Positions 10,972 to 20,805 of a stretch of DNA of 64,000 nucleotides are shown one piece after another. Within the stretch, counting starts at the first letter, position 1; each line of letters starts with the position of its first letter. This stretch comes from an uncultured Planctomycetales bacterium (GTDB taxonomy: Bacteria > Omnitrophota > Gorgyraeia > Gygaellales > Profunditerraquicolaceae), in the NCBI GenBank assembly GCA_964542785.1, contig CAZIUK010000001.1:133115-197114 (forward strand), given 5' to 3'. Under the pieces are notes generated by a model, which ran no database searches, was not told the DNA's origin, and was given only the letters and a program-made list of their open reading frames with translations. The translations under genes and the position numbers were made by a program.

Positions 10972-11994
10972 ATGAAAAAATATAACGTAGCAGTCGTAGG
11001 GGTAGGTGTAGTTGGCATTGAGATGCTGCGTCTTTTAAAAGAACGCAACTTTCCGGTTGGATTTTTACGCGTCTTTGCCCGTTCAGCGCGCGATATTGAG
11101 GTTGATGGAAATAAATATTCAGTAGAGGCTATTAGCCCCGATGGTTTTAATGGTATTGATATAGCTTTATTTGCCGGCACAGAAGGAGAAAAAGGCGCTT
11201 CTGTAACTTATGCTTTAGATGCAGTAAAAAGAGGTAGCATAGTTATTGATAACGGTGCGGATTTTCGTATGGATCCTAAGGTGCCCCTTATTGTCCCTGA
11301 GGTAAATGCCGAAGATATAAAAAAACATAAAGGTATAATCGCAAACCCTAATTGTTCCACTACCCAGTTAGTAGTAGCCTTAAACCCCATACATAAAAAA
11401 GCAGGTATTAAGAGAGTTATAGTTACTACTCTGCAAGCTTCAAGCGGAGCAGGCCGTCAAGCAGTAGAGCAGCTTAAAGAAGAATCTTCTTTAGTTATGC
11501 AAGGAGGTTTTGGCAATCTTCAGATAAGTGCTTCTATTAAAGCAATGCCTCAACAGTTAGCTTATAACGTTTTCCCCCATATAGGTGGTTTTGCTGAGGG
11601 AGGTTATACGAGTGAAGAGTGGAAGTTAGTTAAAGAGACACATAAGATTATGCACGCTCCTAAGATAAAGATATCTGCTACTACGGTAAGAGTCCCTGTG
11701 CGCACCGGGCATTCAGAGTCAATATATATAGAGACCGCAAAACATATAAGCGTTGAGAAGGTAAGAGAAGTTTTGTCTAAGGCCCCGGGTATAATTTTAC
11801 AGGATGAGCCTAAGAATAATACTTATCCTATGCCTTATGATTGCGAAGGCAAGGACGAGGTGTTTGTCGGGCGTATCCGCTCTGACGCTTACGTTAAGAA
11901 TGGACTATGGCTTTGGGCAGTGGCGGATAATTTGCGCAAAGGAGCGGCTACTAATGCCCTGCAGATTGCAGAATGCCTGATAAAAAAGAATTAA
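10972..11994 (+). CDS. asd: aspartate-semialdehyde dehydrogenase
   Basis: VAVVGVGVVG Rossmann motif, NPNCSTTQ active-site Cys. Confidence 0.9.
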   Translation: MKKYNVAVVGVGVVGIEMLRLLKERNFPVGFLRVFARSARDIEVDGNKYSVEAISPDGFNGIDIALFAGTEGEKGASVTYALDAVKRGSIVIDNGADFRMDPKVPLIVPEVNAEDIKKHKGIIANPNCSTTQLVVALNPIHKKAGIKRVIVTTLQASSGAGRQAVEQLKEESSLVMQGGFGNLQISASIKAMPQQLAYNVFPHIGGFAEGGYTSEEWKLVKETHKIMHAPKIKISATTVRVPVRTGHSESIYIETAKHISVEKVREVLSKAPGIILQDEPKNNTYPMPYDCEGKDEVFVGRIRSDAYVKNGLWLWAVADNLRKGAATNALQIAECLIKKN

Positions 11995-12761
11995 GAAATA
12001 TAAGATTAACCTTAGAGTATAATGGAGCAAGGTATTGCGGTTGGCAGGTTCAAAATACCCGTTTATCTTTAAGCAATAGCCATAAAAAAAAGCGTAAAAA
12101 AAGTATCCAAGAGGTAGTTGAGGATTCCCTTCATAGATTATTATCAGAGAGAGTAAAAGTTATCGTATCCGGTAGGACTGATGCAGGCGTTCACGCCTTA
12201 GCCCAAGTAGCTAATTTTTATACCTCTTCTAAAATATCTCCAAGTAAATTAAATTTAGGTTTAAATAGTCTCTTGCCAGAAGACATAAAAGTATCCAATG
12301 TAAAAGAGGTGCCCAGCTCTTTTCATAGCCGCTACTCTTGTAAGTCAAAGCTCTACCGCTATACAATATTAAACCGTAAACATTCTTCTCCCTTGATGCA
12401 GGGTAAGGTTTTTTTCTATCCCTTTTTTTTGGATATTGAAGCTATGCGAAGTGAGTCTAAAATTTTATTAGGCAGGCATAACTTTAGTGCTTTTTGCGGC
12501 TCTTTAGGCAGGGATAGAGATCCGGTTAAAACTATCAAGAAACTCTCTATTTTACGTAAAAAAGACCTTATTATTATTGATATAGAAGGGGATGGTTTTC
12601 TATATAATATGGTAAGAAATATTGTAGGTACTCTTATTTTAGCCGGAAGAGGAAAGGTTTCTAAAGGAGGCTTGAAAGATATCCTCCTTGCAAGAGATAG
12701 AAAGAAAGCAGGCCAGACCGCCCCTGCCTGCGGCCTTTGCTTAATTAAGGTGAAATATTAA
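11973..12761 (+). CDS. truA: tRNA pseudouridine(38-40) synthase TruA
   Basis: LEYNGARYCGWQVQ and GRTDAGVHALAQV catalytic Asp motif; true start uncertain. Confidence 0.85.
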   Translation: MPDKKELRNIRLTLEYNGARYCGWQVQNTRLSLSNSHKKKRKKSIQEVVEDSLHRLLSERVKVIVSGRTDAGVHALAQVANFYTSSKISPSKLNLGLNSLLPEDIKVSNVKEVPSSFHSRYSCKSKLYRYTILNRKHSSPLMQGKVFFYPFFLDIEAMRSESKILLGRHNFSAFCGSLGRDRDPVKTIKKLSILRKKDLIIIDIEGDGFLYNMVRNIVGTLILAGRGKVSKGGLKDILLARDRKKAGQTAPACGLCLIKVKY

Positions 12762-13206
12762 TTATATGTTAAGAGCAAAATTTGAAAATATACCTTGGCT
12801 CTTTTTTTCTAAATTAACAATTATTTTGGCTTCCCGATGAATATAAAAAAGCCGTTTCAATAGTAAAAGAGAATATTAGCTATAAGTAGCCTCTCTGGTA
12901 GGGCTAGCGCTAATGTGCTTTTATTATCTTTATAAGCATTGGGTTGCTTGAATTTGAAGAATAACTGATAAGTATTAGCTTTGCGCATAAAGTCAGCGGT
13001 AATGGGTATAAACTCTATTTGTTGGCTTTAATGTGGTTCTTCTCTTGACCAAAATAACTAAAATGATAAAATAATAATTGGTTGTATTAATTTAACAATG
13101 CTAAAAAGTATTTTTTCCCCTATTTTTCTAACCTTTACTATTGATATATTATGAAGATGCCTGCTTTAGGCAATTTTCTGGTTATCTTAAATCCTCTTTT
13201 TAAAAA

Positions 13207-15474
13207 ATGATAAAACGCTTATGCCAAGGTATTTGGATATTATTAGAAAAAACCCTAAATATTTCTATTTTTTTGGCAACATTTTCCCTTATCTTCGTTT
13301 TGGCCCACCTAGCAATCAGAGATTTAGATATTTGGCTGCACTTAAAGGCAGGGGAAATTATTTTACAAAATAAAGCTATCCCTATTTACGATATTTTTTC
13401 TTTTACCCTTCAGGGAAAGCCGTGGATTAATCATTCTTGGCTATTCCAGGTTATAACTTACTTAACTTTTAATATCGGGCAGGTAGAAGCCCTTATTTTA
13501 TTACAAACATTCATTCTAATTTTAGGATTTTTATTTTTATTTCTGATTGGATACAGGCTTACTAATTCTTTTTTTAAAACCGCAATTTTTATACTTCTTG
13601 TAATATATGCTACTATGCTAAGATTTAATATCAGGCCCGATATCTTTAGCATCCTATTCTTTACTATCTACCTTTATTGTTTGAAGTTTCATTCTAAAAA
13701 AAAGGCTATTTACCTACTGATTCCTATTCAAATCCTCTGGGTAAATATCCACGGATACTTTTTCTTGGGAATATTGCTTGTTTTTTTCTTTATTTTTGCT
13801 GAATTTTTAAGGCGCCGTCTTAAATTCATTCCTAAGGATATAAGTGAGGAATCCGCGATTGACCCTATTGCCTATAAAAACCTGCAGAAATTATTTTATT
13901 TTGTTATTTTAGTTTCTTTTATTAATCCTAATGGATTGCGCGGAATGTTTTACCCTTTATCTATCATTAAAGAAACTATCTTAGGGGAAAACCGTTTATT
14001 TTTTAATTTTATATCCGAATTACGGCCGGTTTTTGGGACAGAATTATTTTTCTTTCCGTATTATGCCGCTATCATCATTTTATCGTTTCTTTTAATAATT
14101 GTTAATTTTAAAAAATTCAAGATAATAGATGCTATTCTTTTAATTTTTTTTACTTTTTTTTCTTTTATCATAAGGCATATCCAATTTGGTTCCTATGTAG
14201 GTTTTTTAATTATACTTTCTTATTTAGACCCTGCAATAAGCAAGATAACCTTGGAGTTTCCGCATAAAAAAAAGGTTTTCTATGCTTTAAAATATATAAT
14301 AATAATTTTATTCCTAACCTGGATAGGAGTTAAAATTCGTAATACTTTATTGGACAATTTTTATTATAATTTTGAAAATGAAGAAACCGAAACTTACCTT
14401 TTAGGCGTCGCAGATAGCACTTACCCTAAAAAAGCGGTAGATTTTATCCTAAGAAACAATATCCCCGGGAATATGTTCAATGATTTTAATTCCGGAGCTT
14501 ACCTTATAGGAAAAACTTATCCTAGAAGAAAAGTCTTTATAGATGGGCGTACCGAAGTATACGGCCAGGATTTCGTTAAGGCTTATGATAAAATAATAAA
14601 AAAGGCGGATATCTCCGAGTTTAAAAAATTAATAGATAAATATAATTTAAACGCTGCGTTTTTTAATATAGCCCCTGGTTATCCTAAAGAATTAATGAAT
14701 TATCTCTATCTAAATCCTGAATGGAAGTTGGTGTTTTTTAGTGATTCAGGGATAGTTTTTTTAAAAGATACCCAGTTAAATCGTGATATTATCAATAAAT
14801 ATGAAATAAACTTTAAAAAATATTCGCCTCCTGTTGTAGAGATTAAAAAAATAGGGTTACTAAAAAATGTTTACCCTTATTCTTATATCAGAAGGGGATT
14901 TCTTTTGCTTTCTTTTGAAGAATATGATGCGGCTATCAGAGAAGCTCAAGAAGCGCTTAGGATAATGCCCGGTTCTTATGAGGCGTATCTTATTATGGGT
15001 AGAGCTTATTTAAGCAAAGGTTTCTACCGAGAAGCTGAGGATTATTTAAGAAAGGTGCTTTTAGTAAATCCAAACAACCTGGAAGGGTTGGTTGCCTTAG
15101 GGGAAAGCCTTAAGGAGCTTACGGAGTATGACCTGGCTATACAAGTTTTAGATTTAGCCCTTAATTTTAATAAAAATTATGCCCCAGCTTACTACGAATT
15201 AAGCAAGGTTTATTCTTTGATGGGCAATATGCCTAAGGCACTTGAAAACTTAAACCAGGCTCTGCTATACGCCCCTGAAAGCGCGCAATATCATTTAGAG
15301 TTTGGCCAATTGCTTTTTGCCTTAGCTGAATATAATAAAGATAAAAAATTAGCACTAAAATCCCAGATAGCTTTAGAAAAGGCCTATAAATTAAATTATA
15401 ACGGGAAACAGGATTTATTGGACCGGGTTGATAGCGGGCTCAAAGAAATCAAATCTTTTCTATCCAGTAAATAG
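13207..15474 (+). CDS. polytopic integral membrane protein (about 10-12 TM helices, GT-C/PMT-like architecture) with C-terminal TPR repeats
   Basis: N-terminal 400 aa highly hydrophobic; C-terminal about 250 aa TPR-like (AYLIMGRAYLSKGFYREAEDYLRKVL etc.); isolated by a 445-nt AT-rich upstream gap. Confidence 0.4.
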   Translation: MIKRLCQGIWILLEKTLNISIFLATFSLIFVLAHLAIRDLDIWLHLKAGEIILQNKAIPIYDIFSFTLQGKPWINHSWLFQVITYLTFNIGQVEALILLQTFILILGFLFLFLIGYRLTNSFFKTAIFILLVIYATMLRFNIRPDIFSILFFTIYLYCLKFHSKKKAIYLLIPIQILWVNIHGYFFLGILLVFFFIFAEFLRRRLKFIPKDISEESAIDPIAYKNLQKLFYFVILVSFINPNGLRGMFYPLSIIKETILGENRLFFNFISELRPVFGTELFFFPYYAAIIILSFLLIIVNFKKFKIIDAILLIFFTFFSFIIRHIQFGSYVGFLIILSYLDPAISKITLEFPHKKKVFYALKYIIIILFLTWIGVKIRNTLLDNFYYNFENEETETYLLGVADSTYPKKAVDFILRNNIPGNMFNDFNSGAYLIGKTYPRRKVFIDGRTEVYGQDFVKAYDKIIKKADISEFKKLIDKYNLNAAFFNIAPGYPKELMNYLYLNPEWKLVFFSDSGIVFLKDTQLNRDIINKYEINFKKYSPPVVEIKKIGLLKNVYPYSYIRRGFLLLSFEEYDAAIREAQEALRIMPGSYEAYLIMGRAYLSKGFYREAEDYLRKVLLVNPNNLEGLVALGESLKELTEYDLAIQVLDLALNFNKNYAPAYYELSKVYSLMGNMPKALENLNQALLYAPESAQYHLEFGQLLFALAEYNKDKKLALKSQIALEKAYKLNYNGKQDLLDRVDSGLKEIKSFLSSK

Positions 15475-15545
15475 TTATAGCTTTAAAGTCAACAGAAAAC
15501 ACCGGATTTATTTTTATTTTGCTAGTGTAAATTTGTAAAAAATGT

Positions 15546-15573
15546 TTGACTTAACTAATAAATATGCTATAAT
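15546..15573 (+). promoter_or_regulatory. sigma70-type promoter for rplM-rpsI: TTGACT, 16-nt spacer, TATAAT
   Basis: Near-consensus -35/-10 pair ending 9 nt before the rplM ATG. Confidence 0.55.
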
Positions 15574-15582
15574 TTTAATTCT

Positions 15583-16014
15583 ATGACTAAGACTTATTCA
15601 GCAAAAAAGAAAGATATAAAAAGAAACTGGTATCTGGTGGATGTAAAGGGCAAGGTATTAGGCCGCTTTGCTTCTAAGGTTGCGGCAATCTTGCGCGGCA
15701 AGCATAAACCTATATACACCCCCCATGTAGATACCGGGGATGCGGTTATTATTATTAATGCCGCTAAGTTAAGAGTAACCGGAAGAAAGGCTAAGCAGAA
15801 AGTCTACCGTCGTTACTCCGGATATCCGAGCGGATTAAAAGAGGTTTCTTTTGAGGTAATGCTTGAGAATAAACCTGAGACTGTGGTTAAGCTCGCAGTA
15901 AGGCGTATGCTTCCTAAGGGTAAGTTAGGCACTGATATGCTCAAAAAATTAAAGGTATACGCTGATGAAAAGCATAATCATAAAGCGCAGAATCCACAAA
16001 TTTTGGAGGTTTAA
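15583..16014 (+). CDS. rplM: 50S ribosomal protein L13
   Basis: RNWYLVDVKGKVLGR... PHVDTGD conserved L13 core. Confidence 0.9.
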   Translation: MTKTYSAKKKDIKRNWYLVDVKGKVLGRFASKVAAILRGKHKPIYTPHVDTGDAVIIINAAKLRVTGRKAKQKVYRRYSGYPSGLKEVSFEVMLENKPETVVKLAVRRMLPKGKLGTDMLKKLKVYADEKHNHKAQNPQILEV

Positions 16015-16022
16015 TTAAGGCA

Positions 16023-16418
16023 ATGAGTGAAACAGTAAGGTATGCAGCAGTAGGTAGGCGTAAGGAGTCAGTGGCGAGGGTTCAACTTATGCCGGGGAAA
16101 GGTTTATTTAAAGTAAACAAACGTCCTTATGAGAAGTATTTCTTAAGGGAGACTGATAGGATTATAGTAAAACAACCATTGGAAGCCACCAATAATATAA
16201 ATAAATACGACGTTATCGCAAATATTAGAGGTGGAGGTTTAACCGGGCAAGCAGGCGCTTTGCGCCTTGGCATATCGCGTGCTTTAGTTTTAATAGATCC
16301 TGCTTTTAAGGATTTATTGCGTAAGCAAGGTTATTTAACCCGTGACCCCCGGGCTAAGGAACGTAAGAAATACGGCCAGAAGGGCGCGCGTAAACGCTTC
16401 CAGTGGACTAAGAGGTAG
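16023..16418 (+). CDS. rpsI: 30S ribosomal protein S9
   Basis: C-terminal RDPRAKERKKYGQKGARKRFQWTKR. Confidence 0.9.
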   Translation: MSETVRYAAVGRRKESVARVQLMPGKGLFKVNKRPYEKYFLRETDRIIVKQPLEATNNINKYDVIANIRGGGLTGQAGALRLGISRALVLIDPAFKDLLRKQGYLTRDPRAKERKKYGQKGARKRFQWTKR

Positions 16419-16459
16419 GCAGATGTAAGTTATAGTTAAGATAGAACAAAGTATTTATG

Positions 16460-16493
16460 ATCCCGCTTGAAGCTTAGAGCGGGATTTTTCTTT
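16460..16493 (+). terminator. rho-independent terminator after rpsI
   Basis: ATCCCGC / GCGGGAT stem followed by TTTTTCTTT. Confidence 0.5.
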
Positions 16494-16509
16494 CCGACGA
16501 TAAAATAAC

Positions 16510-16538
16510 TTGACTATATAGTTATTTTGTTCTAATAT
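16510..16538 (+). promoter_or_regulatory. putative sigma70 promoter for the arg operon: TTGACT, 17-nt spacer, TAATAT
   Basis: Located between the rpsI terminator and the argC RBS (AGGAGA). Confidence 0.45.
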
Positions 16539-16564
16539 TAAATCATTACGAGGAGAAAAGATTA

Positions 16565-17596
16565 ATGCTTAAAGTAGGAGTAGTTGGGATAACTGGTTAT
16601 ACAGGCCAAGAGTTAATCCGCATTCTTTTAAAACATCCAAAGGTAAAGATAACCGGTCTTTTTTCTACTAGTTCTTATAATAAAAAGGCAAAAGAAGTAC
16701 TCTTAGGTTTTGCATCTAAATTAAATCTAATTTGTAGCAAGCCCGATATTAAAGAAATCAAAGAAAAGTGTGAGCTTGTTTTTTTGGCCTTGCCGCATAC
16801 AGCCTCAATAGAGATCGCTACAATGCTTCTTAAGGCAGGCTTAAAAGTTATTGACCTAAGTGCAGACTTTCGTTTTAAAGACTTAAAAACATACTCTAAG
16901 TTTTATGGGGTTAAGCGTAGAGTTTCTGTAGAAACTAAAAGAGCAGTTTATGGTATTCCGGAGTTAAATAAAACACAAATTAAAAATGCAGCTTTTATTG
17001 CTAATCCTGGCTGTTATCCTACTGCGGCGATACTCTCTTTAGCTCCCTTAATTAAGGCTAATTTAATTGATTTATCAACGATAGTTATTGATGCTAAGTC
17101 CGGAGTAAGCGGAGCAGGAAGGAAAAGGGCAGAAGAGTTTTTCTTAGATCCTAATCTTAGGGAAGATTTTAAGGCTTATAAGGTAGGAATTCATCAGCAT
17201 GCCCCTGAGATAGAACAAGAGTTAACTAAGATCGCAAAGGAAAAAGTTAAAATTGTTTTTGTTCCTCACCTGTTGCCAGTAGAAAGAGGGATATTAGAGA
17301 CTATTTATGTAAAGAAGAACAAGAGCGCAAGAAAAAAATTCAAAAGAATAAATGTAGTTAATCTTTTCAAGAGTTTTTACAAGGAAGAACCCTTTGTCAG
17401 GATTAAAAAAGAAGGGGAGTATCCTTCTCTTAAAGATGTAGCAAAGAGCAATTTTTGCGATATCGGTATAAGGCAAGAGGAAGATAGCTTTATTATAGTA
17501 AGCGCAATAGATAATTTAATTAAAGGTGCTTCAGGCCAAGCAGTGCAGAATATGAATATAATGTTTGGGTTTTGTGAAGTAGAAGGGTTATTATGA
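16565..17596 (+). CDS. argC: N-acetyl-gamma-glutamyl-phosphate reductase
   Basis: VGVVGITGYTGQEL, NPGCYPTA active-site Cys. Confidence 0.9.
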   Translation: MLKVGVVGITGYTGQELIRILLKHPKVKITGLFSTSSYNKKAKEVLLGFASKLNLICSKPDIKEIKEKCELVFLALPHTASIEIATMLLKAGLKVIDLSADFRFKDLKTYSKFYGVKRRVSVETKRAVYGIPELNKTQIKNAAFIANPGCYPTAAILSLAPLIKANLIDLSTIVIDAKSGVSGAGRKRAEEFFLDPNLREDFKAYKVGIHQHAPEIEQELTKIAKEKVKIVFVPHLLPVERGILETIYVKKNKSARKKFKRINVVNLFKSFYKEEPFVRIKKEGEYPSLKDVAKSNFCDIGIRQEEDSFIIVSAIDNLIKGASGQAVQNMNIMFGFCEVEGLL

Positions 17597-18726
17597 AAGT
17601 ATGCAAAGAAGTAGTTTTGCCGCCGGGGTTTAAGGCATCCGGAGTTTCTTGCGGGATAAAAAAAACAGGAAAGTTAGATTTAGCGCTTATTTATTCTACT
17701 CTTCCTGCTAAAGCCGCAGGTTTATTTACGGTTAATAAGATTCCTGCAGCGCCGGTTGTATTCTGTAAAAATCTTTTACGAAAGAATACGTTTTTTAGGG
17801 GGGTATTAGTAAATAGCGGCAACGCAAATTCTTTTACCGGTAAAAAAGGGCTTCTTGATGCCGAATCTATTGCTGCCAGCGCTGCAAGGTCTTTAGGTTT
17901 AAAGAAGGGTGATATTTTAATTTCTTCTACAGGTATTATTGGCAAGGTTTTACCTGTAGGGAAAATTAAATCTGCCTTGCCCTTGCTTGTAAAGAGCCTT
18001 TCAGAAAAAAAGATAGACAATGCCGCAAGGGCAATAATGACTACAGACACATTTCCTAAGAAGGTAACTGTAAAGTTTAAGATAGGCAAAAAAATATTTA
18101 CCATATGCGGAATGGCTAAGGGCGCAGGTATGATTGCCCCTGATATGGCAACGCTCCTTGTTTTTATTTTTACGGATATTTCTCTGCCGCAGTCTTTATT
18201 AAGAAAGGCATTGCAAGCCGCAGTAGAAGGTTCTTTTAACTCTATAACTATTGATGGGTGTATGAGTACTAATGATAGTATTCTAATTTTGGCAAATGGA
18301 GCTTCTGGTAGATTGAGCATAAATCCTAGTAATCTGGGTATATTCCAAAAAGCCTTAAATACTCTTTGTCTTAGTTTGGCTAAGATGGTAGTAAATGATG
18401 CGGAGGGTGCGACTAAGTTTGTAGAGATTAAAGTATCGGGAGCTAAAAATTACTCACAGGCTAAAAGAGCCGCCCTTTCAATAGCCAACTCAAACTTATT
18501 CAAAACTGCTCTCTACGGGGAAAATCCTAATTTTGGCAGGATAGTCTCTGCTATTGGAGCAAGCAGGATAGATGTAGCGGAGGATAGCTTAAAGATAAAG
18601 GTAAGCTCTTTAAAGAAAAAAGATATTCTAGTAAGTGTATTTTTAGGTAAGGGAGAATCTAGCGCAATAGTTTATACTTCAGACCTTACCCCAAAGTATA
18701 TTAAAATCAATGCGGAGTATAATTAA
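17593..18726 (+). CDS. argJ: bifunctional ornithine acetyltransferase / N-acetylglutamate synthase ArgJ
   Basis: ATLLVFIFTD self-cleavage region, GATKFVEIKVSGA. Confidence 0.9.
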   Translation: MKVCKEVVLPPGFKASGVSCGIKKTGKLDLALIYSTLPAKAAGLFTVNKIPAAPVVFCKNLLRKNTFFRGVLVNSGNANSFTGKKGLLDAESIAASAARSLGLKKGDILISSTGIIGKVLPVGKIKSALPLLVKSLSEKKIDNAARAIMTTDTFPKKVTVKFKIGKKIFTICGMAKGAGMIAPDMATLLVFIFTDISLPQSLLRKALQAAVEGSFNSITIDGCMSTNDSILILANGASGRLSINPSNLGIFQKALNTLCLSLAKMVVNDAEGATKFVEIKVSGAKNYSQAKRAALSIANSNLFKTALYGENPNFGRIVSAIGASRIDVAEDSLKIKVSSLKKKDILVSVFLGKGESSAIVYTSDLTPKYIKINAEYN

Positions 18727-19583
18727 TGATGAAAGAAGCGATTAAAAAGGCAGATGTTTTAATTGAAGCATTACCTTATATAAAGAGGTTTCAAAAAAAG
18801 ATAATTGTAATAAAATACGGCGGTAGTATTTTAGGAGAAGAAAAAATCCGTAAAGGGGTGCTAGAGGACATAGTTTTTTTGAGTTTTATGGGTTTGCGCC
18901 CCGTCTTGGTTCACGGCGGAGGCCCTAACATAAGTGATCGAATTCGTTCTAGCGGAAAAAAAACTGAATTTGTAGACGGTATGCGTGTTACGGATAAAGA
19001 GACTTTGGGTATTGTAGAGGAGGAGCTTAAAAGCTTAAATGATACTATAGTTAAAGAGTTAAATGAGTTTGGGGCTAAGGCAATAGGCCTAAACGGGAAA
19101 GATGATGTCTTGATCCAGGCTGAAAAAAAGAAAGCAAAGATAGATTTAGGCTTAGTAGGGCGTATTCTTAGGATAAATACAGAGTTGCTTGATGCAGAAT
19201 TGAGGAAAAATAAGATAGTAGTAGTCCTGCCTATGGGCATAGGCAAGGATAAGGAGATCTATAATGTAAATGCGGATGAAGCGGCATCAAGCATTGCTGG
19301 ATCTTTAAAGGCCGAGAAGTTTGTCCTCTTGACTAATGTTAAGGGGATACTAAGAAATCCTGAGGATCCTAATTCGTTTCTTTCTACTCTAAATACCCAA
19401 GAGGTTTTAAGCCTTATTGAGGAAAACATAATTCAACAAGGGATGATCCCTAAGGTTCAAGCATGTGTAGAGGCCATAGAGAAAGGAGTTAATAAGACGC
19501 ATATTATTGACGCGCGCACACCGCATGGGCTATTGTTGGAGATATTTACGGATAAAGGGATTGGTACGGAGATAGTAAAATAA
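18726..19583 (+). CDS. argB: acetylglutamate kinase
   Basis: IVIKYGGS, VLVHGGGP amino-acid kinase motifs. Confidence 0.9.
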   Translation: MMKEAIKKADVLIEALPYIKRFQKKIIVIKYGGSILGEEKIRKGVLEDIVFLSFMGLRPVLVHGGGPNISDRIRSSGKKTEFVDGMRVTDKETLGIVEEELKSLNDTIVKELNEFGAKAIGLNGKDDVLIQAEKKKAKIDLGLVGRILRINTELLDAELRKNKIVVVLPMGIGKDKEIYNVNADEAASSIAGSLKAEKFVLLTNVKGILRNPEDPNSFLSTLNTQEVLSLIEENIIQQGMIPKVQACVEAIEKGVNKTHIIDARTPHGLLLEIFTDKGIGTEIVK

Positions 19584-20762
19584 ATGAAAAAAGAAGAAAT
19601 ATTCGATAGCTATCAAGAAAATATAATGCCTACATACTCAAAATCCCCTTTAATTTTTGTAAAGGGTAAAGGTTCAAGGTTGTGGGATATACATAATAAT
19701 CTTTATTTAGATTTTTTCCCGGGTTGGGGTGTTGGGAACTTAGGGCATTGTCATTCTAAGGTTATGTCAGCGATAAGAGACCAAGTGTCAAGGTTGATAT
19801 TTGTACCTAATAATTATTACCATGTTCCCCAGGCAAGGTTGGCAAGAGAGTTAGTTTTATCTTCTTTTCCTGCAAAGGTATTTTTTTGTAACTCCGGGGC
19901 AGAGGCAAATGAGGGGGCGATAAAATTTGCGCGTAAATTTGGCTCCGGAAGGTATGAGATAATTACTTTTGAGGGCTCTTTTCACGGTAGGACAATGGCT
20001 ACTTTAAGCGCTACGGGACAGAAAAAATACCAGCAGGGTTTCGAGCCTCTGCTGCAAGGGTTTAAGGCGGTTAAGTTTAATGATCTTCAGGCGGTTAAAG
20101 ACGCAATAACTGATAAGACTATAGGAATCATGCTTGAGCTTATTCAAGGAGAAGGGGGCATAAACGTAGCAGATAAGGATTTTGTTTTGGGTTTAAGAAG
20201 GCTCTGTGATGAGAAGGGCTTACTTTTGATTGTAGATGAAGTGCAGACCGGGATCGGCAGGACAGGAAAATTGTTCTCCTATCAACATTACGGGATAACC
20301 CCGGATATTATGACTTTGGCAAAAGCTCTTGGAGCAGGGGTGCCTATTGGTTGTATGTTAGTTAAAAAAGACATTGCAGATACCTTAACCGCAGGCACTC
20401 ATGCATCTACTTTTGGTGGCGGGCCGGTAATATGTAAGGCTGCACTTGCTGTCTTAAGGGCGATAAAAAAAGAAAAATTACTTATTAACGCCCAAAAGAT
20501 GGGTGAATATATGTTTACTCTGCTTAATGCGCTTAAAGGTAAGCATCAGGCTATAAAAGATATAAGAGGCATAGGCTTAATGGCAGGAGTTGAGTTAAGG
20601 GTTGAAGGCAAGGCAATAGTACAGGAGTGTATGAATAGGGGGTTATTGATTAACTGCACTCAAGAGAAGGTTTTAAGATTGATGCCTGCTTTAAATGTAA
20701 AGAAGAAGGAGATTGCTAAAGCCATCTTTACTTTAGACAGCGTTCTGGGGGACGCTTCCTAA
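19584..20762 (+). CDS. argD: acetylornithine aminotransferase
   Basis: Class III PLP aminotransferase (DEVQTGIGRTGK); last codons and stop lie inside a REP element. Confidence 0.85.
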   Translation: MKKEEIFDSYQENIMPTYSKSPLIFVKGKGSRLWDIHNNLYLDFFPGWGVGNLGHCHSKVMSAIRDQVSRLIFVPNNYYHVPQARLARELVLSSFPAKVFFCNSGAEANEGAIKFARKFGSGRYEIITFEGSFHGRTMATLSATGQKKYQQGFEPLLQGFKAVKFNDLQAVKDAITDKTIGIMLELIQGEGGINVADKDFVLGLRRLCDEKGLLLIVDEVQTGIGRTGKLFSYQHYGITPDIMTLAKALGAGVPIGCMLVKKDIADTLTAGTHASTFGGGPVICKAALAVLRAIKKEKLLINAQKMGEYMFTLLNALKGKHQAIKDIRGIGLMAGVELRVEGKAIVQECMNRGLLINCTQEKVLRLMPALNVKKKEIAKAIFTLDSVLGDAS

Positions 20763-20805
20763 GGTGCCAGGCTCCAGGAAAGTTTACTTAAAAATTATGA
20801 AAAAG
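20745..20805 (+). repeat. REP-like element copy A (CTGGGGGACGCTTCCTAAGGTGCCAGGCTCCA + conserved tail ...TTACTTAAAAATTATGAAAAA)
   Basis: About 85% identical to 61114-61178 and shares GGGGACGCT..AAGGTGCCAGGCTCCA with 46648-46680 and the inverted copy at 47387-47404. Confidence 0.8.

Noticed and set aside
12770-12830. Possible terminator after truA (AAGAGC...GCTCTT followed by T-run)
   Set aside because: The stem is only 6 bp with a 21-nt loop, too weak to call.
12762-13206. Possible ncRNA or riboswitch in the 445-nt AT-rich gap upstream of the membrane-TPR gene
   Set aside because: No recognisable conserved RNA structure was seen, and no riboswitch consensus such as TPP, SAM or cobalamin was spotted by eye. 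It is left as an unexplained non-coding region.
17691-18320. 209-aa minus-strand ORF
   Set aside because: It lies entirely antisense within the highly conserved argJ coding sequence. Its low-complexity composition is a shadow of the + strand codons. It has no RBS and no homology signal.
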